From Fidelibacterota bacterium (GTDB taxonomy: Bacteria; Fidelibacterota; Marinisomatia; Marinisomatales; TCS56): a DNA stretch of 24,580 bases. The translations under genes were made by a program, and so were the position numbers. The DNA is taken from positions 1 to 24,580 of the forward strand of contig JBDRBK010000053.1 of NCBI GenBank assembly GCA_043822705.1. The letters run 5' to 3'. A model generated the notes under the pieces. That model was not told the DNA's origin and did no database searches. It was given only the letters and a program-made list of their open reading frames with translations. Position 1 is the stretch's first letter; each line of letters opens with the position of its first letter. Shown here one piece after another: positions 17,866 through 24,580 of this stretch.

Positions 17866-19569
17866 TCAGGCGATATGCTGAGCATTCTTGAAAAAGTCAG
17901 CCATTTTCCGATCGACGGTGCGAACATGGGCGGTGAAATGATCCACCAGCATTTGCTTGACCAGAATGACCAGCCGGGTGGTGCCGCCTTTTTCCTTGAA
18001 TTCGTCCCGCAATGAGCAGCACAGTTCCTTGAATTCCTCGTGCTGGCGCTTGTGCTCCTCGTATTCCGGATAATTGTATTTTTCCATGTAATGTTCTTCC
18101 AGCGAAAGGTGCTTCTTTACATAATCCTCCAGGAAGCTAAACAATTCATGGATTTTATGGTCGGCCTTGCCGGTGTGGTAGGCTTCAATCAGCAGTTTAA
18201 GATGTTCCACCAGCGCCCGGTGATCATTATCGATCTCAAAAATACCCACCGACAGACTGTCGTCCCAGTTCAGGGCCAATCCTTCCAGATATTCGGTGGT
18301 GACCGATTTGGGTCGTTCCAGCGAAGCACCTAGCAGGCGCGCCCAGATATACCACGCCAAAACACCCTGAGCGCGGGAAACACCGAATAATACCGTATAG
18401 AAGTCGAATTCCTTAATACCATAGTGATAAAGCACACTTCCGGAATGGGCATCCACATTGGGCCAGGGATTCTTGGCTTTGCCATGAATACGTAATATAT
18501 CGGGAACTACCTCATATAGGTTTGAGACAATTTTAAATAGTTCATCATCGGGAAAATGTTGTAATGCAAATTCCCGCAAAGCGGTATAACGAGGGTCGGT
18601 TTTACGCAATACAGCATGTCCAAAACCAGGAATTAGTCTTCCGGCATTCAAAGTGTCCCAGACATATTTCTCAATTTCCTTCTTGGTTGGTGTATGATTA
18701 CCGATTTCCTGACGCATTTTTTCGATCCAGTGCAAAACCTGTTGGTTCGCCATGCCGTGCAGTGGCCCTGCCAAACCATTTAGTCCCGCCGAGAAGGCAT
18801 AGAAGGGATCGGACAGGGTTGAACCGACCAATTGGACCGTATGGGCGGTTACATTGCCGCCTTCATGATCAGCATGCAGAAACAGAAACAGGCGCATAAT
18901 TTCATATACTTCTTTATCCTTAATACCCATCATGTAAGCCAGGTTAGCGGCCCAGTCTAAATCGGGGTGCGGATCAATCCGTATGCCATCCTTATAGGTA
19001 CGACGATAAATATAGGCTGCAATTGTTGGCAGTTTCGCCAAGATACTAAGACTGTCTTCCAGGGCGGGCTCCCATAAGTCCTTACGGACCATTCCTTTTC
19101 GAAATTGCCGGGAAAACTCCGATGTTCCCTGCAATGTCAGCAATGCCAGAGATAATTGCGTCATGGGTGATAATTCTTTGGGTAAATTATCCAGTGTTGT
19201 AAAAACATATTCAGGGACTTCACTATATTTTTTATATTCGTTCTGAATGTCTTGTACGTCATCTTCAGTGGGAAGATTTCCGGTCAGCAATAAATAAAAC
19301 AGACCCTCGGGCAGTGGCTGACTACCTCCTTTAACCGAAGGTAACAGCTCTATTAATTCCGGCAGGCTATAACCTCGGTAGCGAATTCCTTCATCGGGAT
19401 CAAGCATGGAAGTTTCGCAGATCATACTTTTTACACCCCGCGTACCGCTGTAAATCTGTGCAATCGAGACATCCGACACTTTTACATCGCCATAATTGGT
19501 GACCAGATGATTAATTCGGTTTTTCATTGGATCTACCAGCCTGGTCAATTTCTCTTTGAAAGTAGGCAT
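17866..19569 (-). CDS. gltA: Eukaryote-type (Si)-citrate synthase with C-terminal bacteriohemerythrin domain
   Basis: aa 1-~430: 'LDPDEGIRYRG', 'LHADHEGGNV', 'GLAGPLHG' (H271), 'IPGFGHAVLRKTDPRY' (H318), 'NPWPNVDAHSG' (D373), 'ERPKSVTT'. aa 434-567: hemerythrin with H450, H487/E491, H506/H510, H548/D553. AGGAGG RBS at 19574-19579. Confidence 0.93.
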   Translation of the reverse strand: MPTFKEKLTRLVDPMKNRINHLVTNYGDVKVSDVSIAQIYSGTRGVKSMICETSMLDPDEGIRYRGYSLPELIELLPSVKGGSQPLPEGLFYLLLTGNLPTEDDVQDIQNEYKKYSEVPEYVFTTLDNLPKELSPMTQLSLALLTLQGTSEFSRQFRKGMVRKDLWEPALEDSLSILAKLPTIAAYIYRRTYKDGIRIDPHPDLDWAANLAYMMGIKDKEVYEIMRLFLFLHADHEGGNVTAHTVQLVGSTLSDPFYAFSAGLNGLAGPLHGMANQQVLHWIEKMRQEIGNHTPTKKEIEKYVWDTLNAGRLIPGFGHAVLRKTDPRYTALREFALQHFPDDELFKIVSNLYEVVPDILRIHGKAKNPWPNVDAHSGSVLYHYGIKEFDFYTVLFGVSRAQGVLAWYIWARLLGASLERPKSVTTEYLEGLALNWDDSLSVGIFEIDNDHRALVEHLKLLIEAYHTGKADHKIHELFSFLEDYVKKHLSLEEHYMEKYNYPEYEEHKRQHEEFKELCCSLRDEFKEKGGTTRLVILVKQMLVDHFTAHVRTVDRKMADFFKNAQHIA

Positions 19570-19762
19570 TCTTCCTCCTATTCTGTTAAAGTATAGATGG
19601 TGTTTACACCAAATCCGTTACACAGTCTTTAAAATTAAACCGATAAGCGAAATGAAACGGATTCTGGTCCCCCCGGTCGAAATTACTAATTTATTGATTG
19701 ATAAAACATATGGTTCCTGAAAATTTTTCTGGCCAAGTGGCAAATAATAATCATATAATCAC

Positions 19763-19794
19763 GGCAGGGACAACTCGGGAGAGTCGTCCCTGTC
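19763..19794 (-). terminator. Probable intrinsic terminator or hairpin downstream of the acyl-CoA ligase
   Basis: GGCAGGGACAACTC-GGGA-GAGTCGTCCCTGTC, 14-bp arms with 2 non-Watson-Crick pairs. On the minus strand it is followed by U/A-rich GTGATTATATGATTATTATTT. Confidence 0.55.
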
Positions 19795-19804
19795 AATCTC
19801 TACA

Positions 19805-19833
19805 GGATGCCAGCCTTCCAAGGAATGGCATCC
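19805..19833. repeat. Imperfect palindrome or hairpin
   Basis: GGATGCCA-G-CCTT-CC-AAGG-AA-TGGCATCC, 18 nt beyond the fadD stop. Confidence 0.45.
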
Positions 19834-19851
19834 GACACAAATAAAAGAAAG

Positions 19852-21546
19852 CTACTGCTTCTTCGCCAGTTCTTCGGCCCGCAGTTCCTTGCGCAACACT
19901 TTGCCGACCGCCGATTTAGGCAAGTCAGAACGGAATTCGACCTCCACCGGCCACTTGTATTTAGCCAGCTTGTCGTGGCAGAATTCCAGCATTTCTTCGG
20001 CGCTGGCGGTCTGGCCTTCCTTGAGAACGATGAATACCTTGGCCGATTCGCCCCGTTTGGGGTGGGGTATACCGATCGAACAGGCTTCCATCACTTTGGG
20101 ATGCTCGTAATAGACTTCGTCAATTTCCCGCGGGTAGACATTGAACCCGCCGGAAATGATCATATCCTTCTTGCGGTCAACGATGAAAAAGTAGCCGTCC
20201 TCATCCATAGTGGCGATATCGCCGGTAAAAAGCCAGCCGTCCCGCAGTGTTTCGGCGGTGGCCTCCGGACGGTTATGGTACCCGACCATGACCTGCGGAC
20301 CGCGCATGATCAGCTCTCCGGATTCACCGACCGGCATTTCCTTCAAACCGGTATCCAGATCGACGATCCGGCACTCGGTATCGGGAATCGGTACGCCGAC
20401 ACTGCCGATCTTGCGCTCACCGCCGGCGAAGGGATTGATATGCGTCACCGGGCAGGATTCGGTCAGGCCGAAACCCTCCACGATCACGGCGCCGGTGGTC
20501 TTTTCGAATTCCTGGATCACTTCCACCGGTAGCGGGGCGCTGCCCGAGAAGCAGCCGTTGATGCAGGTCATGTCCACCTTGCCGGCTTTGGGATGATTGA
20601 GGATGCCGATATACATCGTCGGCACCATCGGTGCGAAGGTCGGCCGGAATTTGGCAATCGCCTCCAACAGGGCCTCCGGTTGCGGCTTGGGAATTAATAT
20701 ATTTGTCCAGCCGTAATAGATCGCGAAATTCATCGAAGTGGTCAGGCCGAACACATGGAAAAACGGCAGGGCGCCCAGCATGATTTCCTCGCCGGGATTG
20801 AACTGCGGGAACCAGGAGGCGATCTGCTGGACCTGCTTGCTCATATTGCCGTGGGTCAGGATCACGCCCTTGGAAACGCCGGTGGTGCCGCCGGTATACT
20901 GGTAATTGATCGGATCGTCAAAACTGACCGGTGTATTGTCGTGCAACGGTTCGTATAGCGCCAGCAACTCCTTCCAGCGATAGACATCAGCCGCCTCTTT
21001 TACGTCCGCTGCCAGCTTCTTTTTCTTGCCTACCAGGGGAAACAGCAGCGATTTCGGGAACGGCAGGTAATCACCGATGGACGTATAGATAATCTGTTTT
21101 ATGGTCGTTTTCGGCCGCAGGTCGATCATCCGGTTGCCCAGCAGATCCAGGGTTATCAGGACTTTGGAATTGGAGTCGTTGAACTGGTGCTCCAGTTCCC
21201 GGTCGGAATAGAGCGGATTGTTCATTACCGTCACCGCTCCGATCCGCATGATGGCATAGTAGGCGGCGGCGGCGGGAATCAGGTTGGGCAGGACAATTGC
21301 GACGCTGTCACCTTTCTTGACACCGAAATCGGTCAGGACGGCGGCCAGCCGGCCCACCATTTCATCCAGCTCCTTGAAAGACAGCTTGAAGCCCTGGAAA
21401 ATCAGGGCCGTGCGGTCGGGAAACCGGTCAACGGTTTCTTTGAAGAAATCGGGCAGTGCGACTTCCCGGTAGTCCAGGACCGGCGGGACGCCGGGCTCGT
21501 AATTCTTTAACCACGGTTTCTGGGCATACTCGATCTGTGAACTCAT
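19852..21546 (-). CDS. fadD: Long-chain fatty acid--CoA ligase
   Basis: AMP-binding motifs 'YQYTGGTTGVSKG', 'EGFGLTE', 'TGDIATMDEDGYFFIVDRKKDMII', 'GKVLR'. Start moved to ATG 21546 because GGAGGT RBS lies at 21551-21556. Confidence 0.92.
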   Translation of the reverse strand: MSSQIEYAQKPWLKNYEPGVPPVLDYREVALPDFFKETVDRFPDRTALIFQGFKLSFKELDEMVGRLAAVLTDFGVKKGDSVAIVLPNLIPAAAAYYAIMRIGAVTVMNNPLYSDRELEHQFNDSNSKVLITLDLLGNRMIDLRPKTTIKQIIYTSIGDYLPFPKSLLFPLVGKKKKLAADVKEAADVYRWKELLALYEPLHDNTPVSFDDPINYQYTGGTTGVSKGVILTHGNMSKQVQQIASWFPQFNPGEEIMLGALPFFHVFGLTTSMNFAIYYGWTNILIPKPQPEALLEAIAKFRPTFAPMVPTMYIGILNHPKAGKVDMTCINGCFSGSAPLPVEVIQEFEKTTGAVIVEGFGLTESCPVTHINPFAGGERKIGSVGVPIPDTECRIVDLDTGLKEMPVGESGELIMRGPQVMVGYHNRPEATAETLRDGWLFTGDIATMDEDGYFFIVDRKKDMIISGGFNVYPREIDEVYYEHPKVMEACSIGIPHPKRGESAKVFIVLKEGQTASAEEMLEFCHDKLAKYKWPVEVEFRSDLPKSAVGKVLRKELRAEELAKKQ

Positions 21547-21795
21547 TGATACCTCCCCAATTGATTTAGGTTGCAACAGTTCCGATTTTAATGTTAAGTG
21601 TTTGATTAGTCTAACTATGTACGGCATATTTAGCAAATGAAAAAAAACAGGCTACCACGATTTATTCCAATGCGTCTAAAACTTGTCGCCAGAACTCCAC
21701 GTGGATAACTTCCGCCCGTATAACTGCGACTATATCGAAAAATACGGAACAGGTCTAATCCACCCTATCTTTAATCAATTAACCATGAGAAAGCT

Positions 21796-23325
21796 ATGTC
21801 AGAAATTACCCGACGAGAATTCGTCAAGGTATCCGGCTCCGGTCTGGCGCTGGCATCATTGTCGGGGATTTTACCCGGCGTGATGGGCTGCGCCTCCAGC
21901 AAGACCGCGGCGGCCACCTTGACTTTCGAACGCTTCGGCATCGACACGGAGACGATCCGCAAAGTTCTGGCCGAAGCGTTGATCTACGGCGGCGATTTCG
22001 CCGATATATTCTTTGAGAATTCCATTTCCAACTCGATCCGCCTGGAAGACAATATCGTCAACTCCGCCAGTACCACAATTACCCTGGGCGTCGGTATCCG
22101 GGTGTTGAAGGGCGACCAGACCGGTTATTCATTTACCGAAGATCTTTCGCTGGAAAGCATGCAGGCCGCCGCCCGTACCGCCGCCAATATTGCTTCCGGA
22201 ACCAAAAAAGTGCCGCCGCAGGAATACCGGCCGCTGGTCCTGCCGAATTATTACCCCGTGGAACTGTCCTGGGAGCAGGTGGGCATCGACCGGCGCGTCA
22301 ATATAGTCAAAGCCCTGGATGAGGCGACATTCGCCCGGGATTCCCGGATCATCAAAAACTACGTCGGGTTCCATGATACTGAAAAATATATTCTGGTGGC
22401 CAATTCCGAAGGACAACTGACCAGCGATTACCAACCTCTGCTGCGAGTCGGCGTTTCCTGTACCGCCGAACAGAACGGCCAGCGTGAGACCGGCTGGTTC
22501 GATTATTCCATGCGTGACGACATCGACTTCCTGACACCGGAACGACTGGAACGGCTCCCGCGGGAAGCGGTCCGGCGGACGGTTATACTGTTCGATGCCA
22601 AACCAGCCCCCGCCGGCGAGCTGCCGGTGGTCATGACGCCGGGAAGTTCGGGAATCCTCCTGCACGAGGCCATCGGCCACGGCATGGAAGCCGATTACAA
22701 CCGGATCAATTCGTCGGTCTATGCCGACAAGCTGAATAAACCGATCGCGCCCGAATTCATTAATATCGTCGACAGCGGACTCAATCCCAATCTGCGCGGC
22801 TCGCTTAATGTGGACGATGAGTGCTCGCCCACGGAAGAGACTGTTCTGGTGGAAAACGGGATTCTGAAAACCTACCTGCACGACCGGATATCCGCTCAAC
22901 ACTACAGCGTCCGGTCGACCGGCAGCGGACGGCGCGAATCGTTCAAACACTATCCCCGGCCGCGGATGCGCAATACCTACATGCTGAACGGCCCGCACAC
23001 CCGCGATGAAATCATCGCCAGCGTCAAGTACGGCATCGTGGCCGATGATTTCACCAACGGCCAGGTCAATATCGGACCCGGCGATTTCACTTTTTACGTG
23101 AAATCAGGGTCGCTGATCGAAAACGGGAAAATCACCGCCCCGATCAAGGATGTCAACATCATCGGCAACGGACCGGAAGTCCTGGAAAAGGTGACCATGG
23201 TCGGCAACGATCTGGCCATGGCCGAGGGCGGCTGGATCTGCGGCAAGGGCGGCCAGTCGGTGCCAGTGTCGCACGGACTGCCAAGCGTCTTGGTTTCATC
23301 GATAACAGTCGGTGGAAGGGGGTAA
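21796..23325 (+). CDS. tldD: TldD metalloprotease subunit with N-terminal Tat signal
   Basis: 'GDFADIFFE', metal motif 'LLHEAIGHGMEAD', 'PRMRNTY', C-terminal 'CGKGGQSVPV'. N-terminus 'TRREFVK' is followed by a hydrophobic stretch and 'VMGC'. Confidence 0.92.
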   Translation: MSEITRREFVKVSGSGLALASLSGILPGVMGCASSKTAAATLTFERFGIDTETIRKVLAEALIYGGDFADIFFENSISNSIRLEDNIVNSASTTITLGVGIRVLKGDQTGYSFTEDLSLESMQAAARTAANIASGTKKVPPQEYRPLVLPNYYPVELSWEQVGIDRRVNIVKALDEATFARDSRIIKNYVGFHDTEKYILVANSEGQLTSDYQPLLRVGVSCTAEQNGQRETGWFDYSMRDDIDFLTPERLERLPREAVRRTVILFDAKPAPAGELPVVMTPGSSGILLHEAIGHGMEADYNRINSSVYADKLNKPIAPEFINIVDSGLNPNLRGSLNVDDECSPTEETVLVENGILKTYLHDRISAQHYSVRSTGSGRRESFKHYPRPRMRNTYMLNGPHTRDEIIASVKYGIVADDFTNGQVNIGPGDFTFYVKSGSLIENGKITAPIKDVNIIGNGPEVLEKVTMVGNDLAMAEGGWICGKGGQSVPVSHGLPSVLVSSITVGGRG

Positions 23326-23328
23326 CTC

Positions 23329-24580
23329 ATGAATAAAATCGAATTAGCCCAATGGGTTCAGGATAATGCCCGCCAGCAGGGCGCCGGCGATAGTTCAGTG
23401 ATCATCAGCAACAGCCGTTCGATCGATATCGAATACCGCGACGGCAACATCGACAAACTAAAAGAATCGACGGAACAGTCACTGGCCATCGAGCTATTTG
23501 CCGAAGGTAGATACTCCACCCACACTACCAACGATCTGCGCCAGCCGGCCCTGATGAAATTCATCGCCAATGCCCTGGCTATGACCCGCTACCTGAGCGA
23601 GGACCCCTTCCAGGCGCTGCCCGACCCTAAGTTGTATGAAGGCCGCCCGGAAGCCGACCTGGAATTGTTCGATCGGAATTACCCGGCGGTCGAAACCCGC
23701 CAACGCGTCGATATCGCCCGGCAGATGTACGATCACATCCGCCACAAGGATGACCGCATCGTTTCGGTGACCTCCTATTTCAGCGATTCCCATAATGAAA
23801 ATGTGCATCTGAAATCAAACGGCTTTCTGGGTACCTACGAAAGCTCCTGGTTTGGGGCCGGCGCCGAGGTGGCGCTGGATGACGGCACCGGCAAGAAACC
23901 CCAGAGCTGGCAGTACCTGGTGGCCCGCCACCTGCAGGACCTGCCGGACTTCAACCAGATCGCTGCTGAAGCGTTGCAGCGCACCCAGGATTCCGTCGGG
24001 CAGTCCAAAATCGCCAGTGCCAGTATGCCGATGATCCTGCAGAATGACCAGGTCCGGGGACTGGTCGGTCGGATCTGGAGCGCCCTCAAGGGTGGCAATA
24101 TCCAGCAGAAGGAATCCTTTCTGGATGGCAAGCTGGGCAGCAAAATCGGTTCGGAACTGTTAACTATCGTGGATGACCCGACCGTCATTCGCGGCCTCGG
24201 CAGCCGTTATTACGATGGCGACGGCATTGCCGCCAAGGTAATGCCGGTGATCGAAAAAGGCGTACTCAGTAACTACTATATCGATGTCTATTACGGCCGC
24301 AAACTGGGTATGGCGCCGACGACCGGCGGTTCCAGCAATGTCACATTCGCACTGGGAAAGCGCTCCGGCACTGAAATCGAGCGCGATATTGACCGGGCGA
24401 TCCTGGTGACCGGCTTCCTGGGCGGCAATACCAACGATACCACCGGTGATTATTCCCTGGGCGTTTCGGGCTGGCTGATCGAAAACGGCCGGCGCACCAA
24501 GCCGATCAATGAGATGAATATCTCCGGTAATTTCACCGACCTGTTGAATCAACTGGTGGAAGTCGGCAACGATCCCTTCC
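23329..24580 (+). CDS. pmbA: PmbA/TldE subunit (partial, runs off the window)
   Basis: Missing from the ORF track because it has no stop in the window. Manual translation from ATG 23329 stays open to the end: MNKIELAQW...'SFLDGKLGSKIGSELLTIVDDP...GSRYYDGDG...IEKGVL...GGNTNDTTGDYSLGVSGWLIENG...ISGN'. No HExxxH motif, as expected for PmbA. Confidence 0.9.
   Translation, partial: MNKIELAQWVQDNARQQGAGDSSVIISNSRSIDIEYRDGNIDKLKESTEQSLAIELFAEGRYSTHTTNDLRQPALMKFIANALAMTRYLSEDPFQALPDPKLYEGRPEADLELFDRNYPAVETRQRVDIARQMYDHIRHKDDRIVSVTSYFSDSHNENVHLKSNGFLGTYESSWFGAGAEVALDDGTGKKPQSWQYLVARHLQDLPDFNQIAAEALQRTQDSVGQSKIASASMPMILQNDQVRGLVGRIWSALKGGNIQQKESFLDGKLGSKIGSELLTIVDDPTVIRGLGSRYYDGDGIAAKVMPVIEKGVLSNYYIDVYYGRKLGMAPTTGGSSNVTFALGKRSGTEIERDIDRAILVTGFLGGNTNDTTGDYSLGVSGWLIENGRRTKPINEMNISGNFTDLLNQLVEVGNDPF

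Noticed and set aside
19690..19706. Possible FNR box upstream of gltA (TTGATTGATAAAA)
   Set aside because: Only a half-site; it does not fit TTGAT-N4-ATCAA.
21547..21636. Extended N-terminus of FadD
   Set aside because: A strong GGAGGT RBS precedes ATG 21546.
21696..21705. Palindrome TCCACGTGGA in the fadD/tldD divergent region
   Set aside because: A 10-bp palindrome is expected by chance in 24 kb, and there is no supporting context.
22129..22998. 289-aa minus-strand ORF, and similar ones at 526-1320, 8051-8695, 10715-11494 and 19807-20532
   Set aside because: Wholly or almost wholly antisense to well-supported genes, with no family signal.
23358..24552. Short ORF-track calls at the right end
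   Set aside because: Explained by the open plus-strand pmbA frame from 23329, which the track missed.

Overview
Bacterial chromosomal window, mostly GC-rich with lower-GC patches. Gene content suggests an FCB-group organism, possibly Marinimicrobia-like (inference only). In order it holds: (1) a coupled envelope operon of a DUF4175-like coiled-coil membrane protein, a TPR protein and a secreted class I GATase-like protein; (2) an AT-rich orphan gene; (3) a TetR-associated module of an outer-membrane beta-barrel, an MMPL/RND transporter and a LolA-like protein, with a clear promoter/operator; (4) a PadR operon with two membrane proteins and its own promoter/operator; (5) a minus-strand citrate synthase-aconitase-isocitrate dehydrogenase operon; (6) a long-chain acyl-CoA ligase; (7) a divergent tldD-pmbA pair running off the right edge. 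The standout feature is an intact eukaryote-type citrate synthase fused in frame to a complete bacteriohemerythrin (di-iron) domain, suggesting O2/NO/redox control or protection at the TCA entry step. Second is a TldD with a Tat/lipoprotein signal next to a signal-less PmbA. I found no rRNA, tRNA, CRISPR array or transposase.
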